64,000 nucleotides of DNA, from the NCBI GenBank assembly GCA_027623655.1, contig JAQBVG010000001.1, positions 9,817 to 73,816 on the forward strand, given 5' to 3'. The DNA is from Chloroflexota bacterium (GTDB lineage Bacteria; Chloroflexota; Dehalococcoidia; Lucifugimonadales; Lucifugimonadaceae). The notes beneath the pieces were generated by a model, which was not told the DNA's origin, searched no databases, and was given only the letters and a program-made list of their open reading frames with translations. Position numbers and translations under genes: made by a program. Numbering within the stretch: position 1 is the stretch's first letter; each line of letters begins with the position of its first letter. This document shows positions 7,847 to 17,782 of the stretch, one piece after another.

Positions 7847-9172
7847 ATGAGCAATATCCCTGAACAAGAACTTCTCCCGACAACCGCCAGCGTTAGCGAA
7901 GACGACCGATTGTCGATCGGTGGATGTGACGTGCGGGACCTCGTGGAGGAATTCGGAAGCCCACTCTACGTATACGACGAGCAGACATTGCGCGGTATGT
8001 GCCGCGATTTTGTTTCCAGTTTTACGAGTGAGTATCCGCGAACTCGAATCGAGTATTCATCGAAAGCGTTCGCAAACCCAACCGTCGCAAAGATCATCGA
8101 TGAAGAAGGCCTGTACATGGATATCGTTACGGGCGGGGAGTTGGCGGTTGCAATTGCCGCAAACTTTCCAGCCGAGCGGTTGAACTTTCACGGCAACAAC
8201 AAGGGACGCGAAGAACTGGTGGAGGCGGTCAATTATGGCATCGACAGCATCACTATTGACTCGTTCGCCGAAATAGATTTGCTAAGTGAAGTGGCCGTTG
8301 AGCAGGGCGTTCGCCAGAAAGTCATGCTCAGACTTTCACCGAGCATCGACCCGCACACCCATATGCTCACATCAACCGGGATCCTTGATTCCAAGTTTGG
8401 ATTCTCGATTGAGACAGGCGATGCGGAAACTGCGGTCGAACAGGCGTTAGCTAAAGACTCGCTGGAGGTCGAGGGACTTCACTTCCACCTGGGATCGCCG
8501 ATCTTCGAACTCGAACCGTACTCGGAGGCGATCGACTACGTATTGCAATTTGCAGCGAATATGCGCGACAAGTATGGCCTGGTGCTCAAGAGGTTCAGCC
8601 CCGGTGGCGGTTTCGCAATCGGCTATGTGGCGGACACCCTTCCGCCGTCTATGGGAGAGTATGCAAAAGAAATTGCAACGGCAATCCGCTCCGGATGCGA
8701 CAGGTATGGGCTCGACGAACCTGAACTGACTGTTGAACCCGGTCGTGCGATCGTGGGACGCGCCGGTATCGCGGTTTACACGGTAGGCGGGGTAAAGACG
8801 ATCCCGGGAGTTCGTACTTACGTGAGCGTGGACGGCGGCATGGGGGACAATATTCGCCCGGCCCTTTACGGCGCTCGCTATGCGGTAGTCCCGGTCGACC
8901 GTCCCACTGCGCCGCGAACTCGAACGGTCACTGTTGTTGGAAAGTTCTGCGAATCCGGCGACTTCCTCGCCCGCGACGTTGATCTACCGGAACCGGAAAC
9001 CGGTGAATTGCTGGCGCTTCCTGCGTCAGGTGCATACTGCCTGATGATGGCCAGCAACTACAACATGCAAACGCGTCCGGCGGTGGTCCTGGTGAACAAT
9101 GGCAAAGCACGATTGATGCGCCGACGGGAGACATACTCCGATTTGCTCGCAGGGACTCTGAATCTTGACTGA
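7847..9172 (+). CDS. lysA: Diaminopimelate decarboxylase
   Basis: Fold-III PLP decarboxylase motifs: YVYDE, YSSKAF (PLP Lys), HFHLGS, GGG(F)AI, EPGRAIVG and CESGD. The ATG at 7847 (MSNIPEQ) is preferred over the longer ORF from 7715. Confidence 0.9.
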   Translation: MSNIPEQELLPTTASVSEDDRLSIGGCDVRDLVEEFGSPLYVYDEQTLRGMCRDFVSSFTSEYPRTRIEYSSKAFANPTVAKIIDEEGLYMDIVTGGELAVAIAANFPAERLNFHGNNKGREELVEAVNYGIDSITIDSFAEIDLLSEVAVEQGVRQKVMLRLSPSIDPHTHMLTSTGILDSKFGFSIETGDAETAVEQALAKDSLEVEGLHFHLGSPIFELEPYSEAIDYVLQFAANMRDKYGLVLKRFSPGGGFAIGYVADTLPPSMGEYAKEIATAIRSGCDRYGLDEPELTVEPGRAIVGRAGIAVYTVGGVKTIPGVRTYVSVDGGMGDNIRPALYGARYAVVPVDRPTAPRTRTVTVVGKFCESGDFLARDVDLPEPETGELLALPASGAYCLMMASNYNMQTRPAVVLVNNGKARLMRRRETYSDLLAGTLNLD

Positions 9173-10355
9173 GAGCGTTTCCGCGGCTGAATTGGCAGCA
9201 GTACGTCGTCCCCCCACGATCGGTTGGAAGACTTTTGGGCACCCTGGTGCAGTACGGCTCCTGTCCCGATCTGCTGAAATGGGCAGACTGGCGCACGCCT
9301 ACCTGATTACCGGACCGGACAAGGTCGGCAAGCGCACGCTGGCTATTGACTTGGCGTGCATGGTGAACAGTGAGCCTGTGGTCGACATGTTCGGGGAGGC
9401 GCCGAACATCGATCTGCGAACATCACCCCAGGCAGACCGTATACGCCGAGGCATTCACTCCGACGTGCGTGTGATTGACCCGGGCACCGAGATTGAGAAA
9501 GACAGTCGACGAGCGTCTATCAACGAGGACGGCACGGAAAGGGGAAGACAAACAATTTCTATCGATCACATCAAGGATCTTATTCGAGCTTCAGCCACCA
9601 AACCTTTCGAAGGTGCCAAAAAAGTTTTCATTATCGATGGTGCGAACAGGATGGTTGAAGCGGCGTTCAATTCGATGCTGAAAACGCTTGAAGAGCCTTC
9701 GGATGATGTGTTGATCGTGCTCACCGCGCCGACCGCGGAATCACTGCCAGAGACAGTCGTTTCCAGATGCCAGCGGATCGATTTGAGGCCGGTAGATACA
9801 AAAGTAATTGAGCGAGAACTGATCGAACGGTTCAAAGCCGACGAATTGCAGGCGCGATCAATGTCGAGGCTTGCCAGGGGCTGCCCGGGTTGGGCAGTGG
9901 ACGCCATGAACGACCCGACGATCATCGACGCCCATAACCAGGCTGTGTTGCGGTTTGCCGAGATCGTCACCGGTAACATCGAAGAGCGATTTCGGTACGC
10001 ACGCCAAACAGGTGGTCAGTTCTGGCGTGACCGAGAAGGCGTGCTGATCGAAATGCACCGCTGGCTCGAGTGGTGGCGAGACGTGGCGATGATGCGGCAC
10101 AAGTTGGGCGACAACGTCACAAACGTCGAATGGGCTGACCTGTTCAGTCAGATCGCTGGCGAACTGACCGATGTTCAGATCTCTGTCGCGGTGACCGCCG
10201 TCCAGAGCGCAACAGAGGCTCTTCTGGCAAATGCTGTGCCTCAGCTCACCCTGGAAGTTTTGATGCTTGATCTGCCCTGGGTTGATCCCGCCAATGTGGC
10301 ATCTCTCAAGTTCGATGAGCAGGAAACACTCGACGATCAGGAAACGCTGGACTAA
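9165..10355 (+). CDS. holB: DNA polymerase III subunit delta-prime
   Basis: AHAYLITGPDKVGKRTLA (degenerate P-loop), FIIDGANRM...NSMLKTLEEP, and a SRCQ sensor motif. Overlaps the lysA end by 8 nt. Confidence 0.8.
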   Translation: MTESVSAAELAAVRRPPTIGWKTFGHPGAVRLLSRSAEMGRLAHAYLITGPDKVGKRTLAIDLACMVNSEPVVDMFGEAPNIDLRTSPQADRIRRGIHSDVRVIDPGTEIEKDSRRASINEDGTERGRQTISIDHIKDLIRASATKPFEGAKKVFIIDGANRMVEAAFNSMLKTLEEPSDDVLIVLTAPTAESLPETVVSRCQRIDLRPVDTKVIERELIERFKADELQARSMSRLARGCPGWAVDAMNDPTIIDAHNQAVLRFAEIVTGNIEERFRYARQTGGQFWRDREGVLIEMHRWLEWWRDVAMMRHKLGDNVTNVEWADLFSQIAGELTDVQISVAVTAVQSATEALLANAVPQLTLEVLMLDLPWVDPANVASLKFDEQETLDDQETLD

Positions 10356-10918
10356 TCGCCCGCAGCCACGGCGGGTTCGAGATTGCTCGAGGGATTCGTC
10401 TCAGGTACGAGCCATGGCACGAACGGTAACCAGGCTTTATTGAGCAACCCGATTTTCAAAAACGAGTACGGATTCGGCCTTGGCTCGATGGGATCGGTCC
10501 GCAATCGCATACCCGCCTGCTGTGGCGTTCGTCCGGCCTTACGGTGGTTACAAGTCTTGCATGCGGTGACCACGTTGGTCCAGACGTGCTCGCCGCCTTC
10601 ACAACGAGGTAGGACGTGATCGACGGTCATGTCCCTCAACCTGGCGCCACAGTACTGGCATGAATAGCTGTCGCGAGAAAAAATCTCGTTTCGTGACAGC
10701 TTTCGACGCTGCAGGGGACGATTCACCATGTAAATGAGTCGGATCACGTCTGGCCGCTCGAAAATGTCAGAGACGGTGTAGATGAATTTGCCGCTTTCCA
10801 GGACGGTCTGCGCCTTCCCTTTCCCGACGAGTTTTACCGCCCTGCGTGTGTCGCAAATGTTAAGAGGCTGATAGTTCTGATTGAGCACCAGTACCGGTGC
10901 TCGTGTGACGTCGGTCAT
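10352..10918 (-). CDS. HNH endonuclease family protein
   Basis: CQYCG...DHVLPRCEGGEHVWTNVVTACKTCNHRK is an HNH/CxxC motif. The N-terminal VLVLNQNYQPLNI region is typical of stand-alone bacterial HNH proteins. Confidence 0.8.
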   Translation of the reverse strand: MTDVTRAPVLVLNQNYQPLNICDTRRAVKLVGKGKAQTVLESGKFIYTVSDIFERPDVIRLIYMVNRPLQRRKLSRNEIFSRDSYSCQYCGARLRDMTVDHVLPRCEGGEHVWTNVVTACKTCNHRKAGRTPQQAGMRLRTDPIEPRPNPYSFLKIGLLNKAWLPFVPWLVPETNPSSNLEPAVAAGD

Positions 10919-10985
10919 TTTTCGCGGTGTGCGGTCTGGTTCTGTCGACCGCTATTCGCTAATCCCTCGATCTCTAGCCCTTGGC

Positions 10986-11603
10986 TTATGGAACGACAAC
11001 TTCATCGATTCGGGTTTCAAGAATATCCAGCGCAATCCCGAAATCTTCTGGCGCAAATTCAATCACAAACCCTCTCAGGTTGAGCAGCGGCGGTACGATC
11101 TGGGACCCGGTCAACTGCTCGTCCAGTTTCTTTCTGGCACCGTCCTCGACATAATTCTTTGCGGCATTTTGAATCATAGATTCGATCCCGCTCGCTGTCA
11201 GTTCCCCGGTATCTTCTGGAATGACATAGGTATATCGTGCCGCAACGGTCACTACACCGCCTGCTAGCAGGACGCCAGCGACAAGACCAACGACTATCCC
11301 GCCCACGCTGTCGATCCATATCATCATAGTGACCTGCAGCGCTTTCTTGGCCATACTTGCTGCGATCCGACTGGCGAGGAACACAGCGACGAAAATGATC
11401 ACGTACCCGATGGCAGTAGAGAGAGCTTCGCTTTCAACGCCATCCCAGAACAAACCAAGGACCCTGCCCGCGAAAAGACCACTCAAGAAAAGTCCAAGAT
11501 ATATGGCAACGGCGTTGATGACCGATGTAACCAGTCCGGTTTTATATCCCCACAGGGCAGCAAGGGCGAATACCACCACGAGCACCCAATCTAATACATT
11601 CAT
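10986..11603 (-). CDS. CvpA-family membrane protein
   Basis: 205 aa. The N-terminal half has 4 hydrophobic helices beginning MNVLDWVLVVVFALAALWGYKTG, which is the CvpA pattern. Confidence 0.65.
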   Translation of the reverse strand: MNVLDWVLVVVFALAALWGYKTGLVTSVINAVAIYLGLFLSGLFAGRVLGLFWDGVESEALSTAIGYVIIFVAVFLASRIAASMAKKALQVTMMIWIDSVGGIVVGLVAGVLLAGGVVTVAARYTYVIPEDTGELTASGIESMIQNAAKNYVEDGARKKLDEQLTGSQIVPPLLNLRGFVIEFAPEDFGIALDILETRIDEVVVP

Positions 11604-11878
11604 GTCCTACGGTCCCTACTTCCGTCATCGTGAACGGATTGCGTCAGTCTTGCCCTGATCAATCCTTATTATCGGTTCCTATCGCAACTGGATCTGAAAC
11701 TGTATCGGGCATGTTAGCTACTTAGCATTACTGAAATGTTGACACTCCGTACACGCCGAGTGAACGGGATTCTAGCAGTAGCGGAGTTCGTTTACTCGAC
11801 AGAGATTCTTGCACATGTGGTCAAATATAAACATCAGTAAGTAAATTTCACTAGTCGGTTTCGATTATTAGAGCACGA

Positions 11879-12562
11879 TTGTCCCGTTCAAGTACTACGC
11901 GCCCCCCCATCACTATCGACGGACCGGCTGTATCGGGTAAATCGTCGGTAGGCAGCGCGCTTGCGTCGCGCATCGGATACCGTTTTCTCGATACCGGGCT
12001 TATGTACCGTGCAGCGACCTGGAACGCAGTTCAGAATGGCGTAGATGTTGGCGACGCCGAAGCTGTGGCACAGGCGGTCGAGAGAATGGTCTTCTCTGTC
12101 GTTGACAGCGATGACGGCAACAAACTGATCGTGAACGGCAAAGACGTCACCCCTTACCTGCATTCGACAAGTGTCGACGATTCCGTATCTGCAGTCTCGG
12201 CAGTTCCGAAAGTGAGGGAAATCATGGTCGCCGAACAACGTCGACTGGCAGGTGAAGGTGAAATCGTCATGGTTGGTCGGGATATCGGTACGGTCGTGCT
12301 TCCCGGTGCTCCACTGAAGATATACCTGACGGCAACAGCTCGAACACGCGCGATCAGGCGGCATCGCGAGTTTGTTGCTGGAGGCGTCGAAGTCGAGTTT
12401 GAGGATATTCTTCGCTCGATGAAGCAGCGGGACCATCTGGATTCCTCTCGAACGAATTCACCGCTCATACCGGCGAAGGATGCACGCGTTATCGACACCG
12501 ACGACCTTACATTCGCTGAGGTTGTAGAACACCTCGTCGAGCTTGCCGGAGAAATTCTCTGA
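11879..12562 (+). CDS. cmk: Cytidylate kinase
   Basis: ITIDGPAVSGKSSVGSALA...YRFLDTGLMYRA, then GRDIGTVVLP. TTG start. Confidence 0.9.
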   Translation: MSRSSTTRPPITIDGPAVSGKSSVGSALASRIGYRFLDTGLMYRAATWNAVQNGVDVGDAEAVAQAVERMVFSVVDSDDGNKLIVNGKDVTPYLHSTSVDDSVSAVSAVPKVREIMVAEQRRLAGEGEIVMVGRDIGTVVLPGAPLKIYLTATARTRAIRRHREFVAGGVEVEFEDILRSMKQRDHLDSSRTNSPLIPAKDARVIDTDDLTFAEVVEHLVELAGEIL

Positions 12563-13266
12563 TGGGTCAATGGTTGTTTCCGCTGTGCAATATAGGTTTC
12601 AAAACCACACTGAAATTGTTCTCTGATTTCGAGATCAGCGGACAGGAAAACATTCCCAGGTCTGGTCCCGTTCTCGTCGCTTCGAATCACCTGTCGAATC
12701 TTGATCCCGCGATAGTCGCGGCTGCACTCGATCGCCCACCGGTGTTTCTGGCAAAAAAAGAATTGTTCAGGTATCGAGTCGGCGCATTTCTGATGCGGGC
12801 ATACGGCGCATTTCCCGTTGACCGACGCGGCGCGGACATTCGTGCGTTGAAGTGGATAACAAATCAATTGACCGTAAAAAATCGAATCGCTATCGTCTTT
12901 CCTGAAGGGACCCGCAGTAAGTCGGGTGCGCTACTGCACGGGCAGGCAGGATTGGCTCACCTTGCGTCGTCAACGGGCGTTCCAATTGTTCCATTCGGAC
13001 TAACCGGTTCAGAACACTTACAAAATCCGCTGAGGGTAGTTAAACCGTCCGGGGTTATCAGGTTGAATATCGGCAAACCGTTTGTCGTCAGTCGTGGCGC
13101 GGGCCGATCTACTCGAGAGGTAGCCGCGACCCTGACAACGGAAATAATGGTTCGGATCGCCCGGCTCCTTCCTGAGGACAAACGCGGAGAATATGGCGAT
13201 TTGCTCGGTACAGAGATGATAAAAACCGTCGACTTCAACTCACACGCGGTGGGAGAGATCAGTTAA
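12562..13266 (+). CDS. plsC: 1-acyl-sn-glycerol-3-phosphate acyltransferase family
   Basis: NHLSNLD (HX4D) and FPEGTRS motifs. The start abuts the cmk stop. Confidence 0.8.
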   Translation: MGQWLFPLCNIGFKTTLKLFSDFEISGQENIPRSGPVLVASNHLSNLDPAIVAAALDRPPVFLAKKELFRYRVGAFLMRAYGAFPVDRRGADIRALKWITNQLTVKNRIAIVFPEGTRSKSGALLHGQAGLAHLASSTGVPIVPFGLTGSEHLQNPLRVVKPSGVIRLNIGKPFVVSRGAGRSTREVAATLTTEIMVRIARLLPEDKRGEYGDLLGTEMIKTVDFNSHAVGEIS

Positions 13267-15120
13267 ATGTGCGGGATATTTGCGTATGCGGGTGACGAAA
13301 ACGCTGTCCCGTTTCTTATCGAAGGTCTTCGAGCAGTCGAATACCGTGGTTACGACTCGGCCGGAATAGCGGTCGTCGACGAGCACGGCGATATCAGGAC
13401 GGTGAAACGGGGCGATCACAAGGCCAGCCTCGAAAACCTCGCCCAGACGGTCATCGGCGGAGAGCTGTCGGGCAACGTCGGGATCGGGCACACGCGCTGG
13501 GCTACCCATGGAGAGGTCAATCAAAAGAACTCGCACCCTCACACTTCTCACAACTCGTCCGTAGCTATTGCTCACAACGGCATTATCGAAAATTTCCTCC
13601 AGCTGAAAGATGAGTTGATCGAATCAGGCATCGTGTTTCTGTCCGACACTGACTCGGAAGTTCTCGCACACCTCGTTGGTATTGCCGTCGAAAGTGGGGC
13701 CAGCCTGCGGGAGTCGGTTGTTCGAGCAGCAGCTCGAATCAAAGGAAACACCGCGGTAGTGGCCGTTTCTGTCAATGAGCCTGAAAAGGTCGTCGGATTG
13801 AGAGTTGGGAATGCCGGTGGAATCGTTGTGGGTTCAAACGCTCATAGCAGCGTTATGGCGTCCGATACAATCGCGCTTTTGCCGCACACACGCCAGGTCG
13901 TGTATTTAGAGCCCGGAGAGGTTGTCGAGATCGAGGCGGGAGCGGTCCGTTTGTTCGATCTCGATGGCAACGCAATTTATCGACAACCAGTCGAAATAGG
14001 GCGGAATTTTGAAGCGGCGAAAAAAGGCAACTACGCCCACTTTATGTCGAAGGAAATCGCCGAACAGCCCGATGCGATACAGAGTGCCATGCGTGGAAGG
14101 GCAAATTTTGCGACAGGAGCTCTTTCACTGCCGGAAGTTGAACTAACGCAGCATCAAATAAAGTCGATTGACCGAGTCGTGTTGACCGGGATGGGTACTT
14201 CCCTTCACGCCGGTATGTTCGGTGCGTCTGTGATCGAATCGCTCGCCCGCATACCATCTGTCGCCGAAAACTCCTCCGAACTCAGATATCGAGATCCGGT
14301 GCTCGGCCCGAAAACGCTTGTAGTTGCCGTTACACAGTCTGGCGAAACGGCCGACACACTCGCCGCCATGGAGTTTGCCCGTCAAGCAGGCTCACCTCTG
14401 GCTGTGGTCCTCGAAATCGATGGTTCACAGGCGACGCGTGTCGCAGATTTCACTCTCCCTGTACGCGCCGGTCAGGAAATTGGCGTGGCCTCGACAAAGA
14501 CACTCATCGCCAGCATGACCACCCTGTTGCAGCTTGCCGTGTTTCTCGCAAGGGCACGTGGAGCGATTTCGGAGAACCGGGTCGCCGAGATCGTAGGAAT
14601 GCTGGCCGGACTCCCTTCGTACGTATCGGCTGCTCTTGATCTCGACTCGGAAGTATCTTCCCTGGCCGGCCGGTTGTCTGAATTTGCGGACTTGCTGTTC
14701 CTGGGAAGAGGGGCGCAACTACCGGTTGCCCTCGAAGGCGCTCTGAAAATGAAAGAGTTGGCCTATATTCACGCCGAGGGATACCCGGCAGGTGAAATGA
14801 AACATGGCGTCAACGCGCTGCTTGGACCGGACATGGCTACGGTCGTATGTGCTCCGACCAATAATCTCTACGAAAAGATGCTTTCGAACATCAGCGAGGT
14901 CAAGGCCCGTGGTGGAGAGGTCGCGGTAATCGCAACTGTCGGCGATGAGAGTGCACAGCGGGTTGCGGATCACGTGATTTATGTCCCTGAATGCCCGGAA
15001 CTGCTGCAACCGTTCGTCACTGTCGTGCCTTTGCAAATACTCGCCTATCGGACGGCCCTGGTGCTTGGCCGCGATCCCGACAAACCGCGAAATCTGGCGA
15101 AGACTGTCACTGTTGAGTAG
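13267..15120 (+). CDS. glmS: Glutamine--fructose-6-phosphate aminotransferase (isomerising)
   Basis: MCGI N-terminal nucleophile, two SIS domains, and the C-terminal ...DKPRNLAKTVTVE. 617 aa, TAG stop. Confidence 0.95.
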   Translation: MCGIFAYAGDENAVPFLIEGLRAVEYRGYDSAGIAVVDEHGDIRTVKRGDHKASLENLAQTVIGGELSGNVGIGHTRWATHGEVNQKNSHPHTSHNSSVAIAHNGIIENFLQLKDELIESGIVFLSDTDSEVLAHLVGIAVESGASLRESVVRAAARIKGNTAVVAVSVNEPEKVVGLRVGNAGGIVVGSNAHSSVMASDTIALLPHTRQVVYLEPGEVVEIEAGAVRLFDLDGNAIYRQPVEIGRNFEAAKKGNYAHFMSKEIAEQPDAIQSAMRGRANFATGALSLPEVELTQHQIKSIDRVVLTGMGTSLHAGMFGASVIESLARIPSVAENSSELRYRDPVLGPKTLVVAVTQSGETADTLAAMEFARQAGSPLAVVLEIDGSQATRVADFTLPVRAGQEIGVASTKTLIASMTTLLQLAVFLARARGAISENRVAEIVGMLAGLPSYVSAALDLDSEVSSLAGRLSEFADLLFLGRGAQLPVALEGALKMKELAYIHAEGYPAGEMKHGVNALLGPDMATVVCAPTNNLYEKMLSNISEVKARGGEVAVIATVGDESAQRVADHVIYVPECPELLQPFVTVVPLQILAYRTALVLGRDPDKPRNLAKTVTVE

Positions 15121-15221
15121 CTGACTGAGTTCGCGCACGGGGGTGAGCGCACAGCGGCGGGTACGTTCCGGGCGTACCATCATCGTCTTTCACCATAGCG
15201 TTCAGGGCGAAGTGTTCCGTA

Positions 15222-16493
15222 TTGGCAATAACAACTGACCAGCCTATCAAGTTGGGATTTCGAGCCAACCTGGCGACGAAGTTCGGGGCCCTTAGCAACG
15301 CCAGATATCGACGTTACTGGCTTGGCTCGCTTGCCTCCGTTGGCGCCATTCAAATGGCGACAATGGCACAGGGCTGGTTGATCGTCGACGGACTCGGCGG
15401 ATCACCGCTTGCGCTGGGCTTTCTCGGTGCTGCGACAGCCATTCCGACGATCCTCGTTGGAGTTTTTGGTGGGGTACTCGCCGACCGGGTTGACCGCCGC
15501 AAGCTAATCATGTCCGTGTCGGCCGCTTCGGCCCTGCTGCTGCTGCTACTTGCCATTCTCGACTCTACCGGCACCGTCAGGATATGGCACGTCGTCGTCA
15601 TCGCCTCGGTCCAGGGGCTCGTGATGGGCTTCGACGGTCCGGTTCGTAGTTCCTACTTCCCGCTGCTGATAGAACGTAAGCAGATGATGAGCGCAGTGGC
15701 GCTGGGCACGGTCATGTGGCAATTCAGCCGGCTTGTTACACCGATCATCGGTGGATTTCTGATTCGCTACGGCGGAACTGGATCTGTCTTCTACGTTGGC
15801 GTTGTCGGATGGATCAGCATGCTCCTTGTGATGATTTCGCTGCGAATCAGCTCTCCCCCGCCGGACAAAACACGTGACGTGCTCGGAGACCTGGCTGACG
15901 GTGTGCGGTTTATCCTGTCGCGGCGCGACTTTATCCTGTTGATCGGCCTGACCTACTCGACACACTTCTTCGGTATGCAGTATCTGACTCTCATGCCACT
16001 TTTTGCAAAACGATTGGGCCGGGAGTCCGATGGTTTCGGAGTTCTGCTTTCGTTCCTGGGCCTGGGTGCGCTCGCGGGCACCATTATTATGAGCAGGGTG
16101 AGAAAACATCCCCGTGTCGGCTACATAATGCTGATCGGATCGCTGACGTTCACCGCTGCCGTGGCTGCCTTCGCTTACTCGTCGACGTTCTACCTAGCGC
16201 TCGTGTTTCTGTTCATAGGTGGCATGGCGAACACGATCTTCTTCGTCGTTGCGATGACAGTTCTCCAACTGCGGGTGCCTGAAAAAATGCGTGGACGGGT
16301 GATGGGCATATACACGATTACATTCAGTTTCATTCCGTTAGGCGGAATGATGGGTGGCCTGCTGGCTTCGATCTACGACGAACGATTTGCCGTACTTGTC
16401 GGCGTATTGATACTCGCAGCCATATACGTCGTCGTTGGTATTACGCAACCGATCATCAGGACACTGAGCGGTGCGCGGCTTGACGAGGTTTGA
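15222..16493 (+). CDS. MFS transporter
   Basis: 423 aa, about 12 hydrophobic segments, with G.LADR.DRRK between TM2 and TM3. Confidence 0.8.
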   Translation: MAITTDQPIKLGFRANLATKFGALSNARYRRYWLGSLASVGAIQMATMAQGWLIVDGLGGSPLALGFLGAATAIPTILVGVFGGVLADRVDRRKLIMSVSAASALLLLLLAILDSTGTVRIWHVVVIASVQGLVMGFDGPVRSSYFPLLIERKQMMSAVALGTVMWQFSRLVTPIIGGFLIRYGGTGSVFYVGVVGWISMLLVMISLRISSPPPDKTRDVLGDLADGVRFILSRRDFILLIGLTYSTHFFGMQYLTLMPLFAKRLGRESDGFGVLLSFLGLGALAGTIIMSRVRKHPRVGYIMLIGSLTFTAAVAAFAYSSTFYLALVFLFIGGMANTIFFVVAMTVLQLRVPEKMRGRVMGIYTITFSFIPLGGMMGGLLASIYDERFAVLVGVLILAAIYVVVGITQPIIRTLSGARLDEV

Positions 16494-17782
16494 TCCAGGG
16501 CGAACCGCCTCACCATCCGGCTCCGCAGCGAATGCCTGACAACCATGAGGCAGTAAGAGTCCCGAGAGGACGTCCAGGGAGCGCCCTGGCCTACCGTCCG
16601 TTCAGAATCTATTTTGTGGGAACTGTTCTGGCCATGAATGCGTTGCGGTTGGGCGCAGTGGCGCAGTCCCTGCTTATATGGGAGCTCACCGGCTCGACGC
16701 TGAGCCTCGGGATCGTCGCCGCGGCTACGGCGATACCGATGATGATCGTCAACGTTTTTGGCGGGGTTCTGGCGGACCGCTTTGAGTCGAGAAATATTCT
16801 CGGTGCATCCTCACTGATCGGAGCAGGCCTGCTTGTGAGCCTTGGAACTCTCGACCTTACAGGGCAAATCCTGCCCTGGCATGTTTTCTCCTTCGCGGTC
16901 GTTTCAGGGTTCGTAGCGGGCGCCGACCAGCCCTCGAGGCAGGCCTACTTTCCGTCTCTCGTACCGAGTTCTGCCATGAAGAGCGCAGTGACCATCAACG
17001 GCTCCCTGATGGCATCGGCATCTGTGGTTGCTCCAACGTTTGGCGGTCTGTTGATCGCCGCGTTCGGCACGCACGCGGGATTTTTCGTCGCTTCCGCCGG
17101 CTGGATCGCGATGTTCCTCGCAACAACGGTCCTGCCGAAAAGGGGTGCTTCGGCAGCACAGAGAAGCGTAGTTCGAGAACTTGCAACGGGATTCGCCTTC
17201 ATAAGACGTCAGCGGGTGCTGCTGGTGCTCATGATTCTGACCTTTTCAAATATGCTTCTCGGATTCGGATGGATCGGGCTGCTCCCTGCCTACGTCGAGC
17301 AGTTTGGGGGTGGTGCCAGGGAAGTTGGATTTGTATTTTCATCGGCCGGTGTGGGTGCCTTGAGTGGCATTGTGGTTTCTGGCCGTATATCACCTGGCCG
17401 CCACGCCGGTAAACTCATACTTGGTGCTGCCGCTGCATTTTCAGCGACCATGTTGTTCGTGTCGATCTCGCCTGTGCTCTGGCTCGGCATGGTCCTTGCT
17501 ATGGTTGCTCATTTTGGCAACGGCATGTTCAACATTTCTGCGCTGGTAGCAGTTCAGATGCGGATACCGGACGATATCCGCGGTCGAGTGATGGGCGTAT
17601 TTGCAATTTCGCAAAGCGTTGGACTGCTGGGCGGTCTTTGGACAGGGACCCTGGCAGCGGTAATAGGCCTGAGAGCGGGAATGCTGGTTGGCCCGGTAAT
17701 TCTGCTTCTGATGATTGCCACAGTTTTCATTACCCAGAAAAAAGTCAGAGAATTGCGAGAAGATCCGGCGCAAGATGAGTGA
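16490..17782 (+). CDS. MFS transporter (paralogue of the preceding gene)
   Basis: 430 aa with GGVLADRFESR and the same topology as 15222..16493. TTG start overlapping the upstream TGA (TTGA). The true start could be the downstream ATG (MPDNHE). Confidence 0.75.
   Translation: MIQGEPPHHPAPQRMPDNHEAVRVPRGRPGSALAYRPFRIYFVGTVLAMNALRLGAVAQSLLIWELTGSTLSLGIVAAATAIPMMIVNVFGGVLADRFESRNILGASSLIGAGLLVSLGTLDLTGQILPWHVFSFAVVSGFVAGADQPSRQAYFPSLVPSSAMKSAVTINGSLMASASVVAPTFGGLLIAAFGTHAGFFVASAGWIAMFLATTVLPKRGASAAQRSVVRELATGFAFIRRQRVLLVLMILTFSNMLLGFGWIGLLPAYVEQFGGGAREVGFVFSSAGVGALSGIVVSGRISPGRHAGKLILGAAAAFSATMLFVSISPVLWLGMVLAMVAHFGNGMFNISALVAVQMRIPDDIRGRVMGVFAISQSVGLLGGLWTGTLAAVIGLRAGMLVGPVILLLMIATVFITQKKVRELREDPAQDE

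Noticed and set aside
13200-13270. glmS ribozyme upstream of glmS
   Set aside because: glmS starts 1 nt after the plsC stop, so there is no leader in which a ribozyme could sit.
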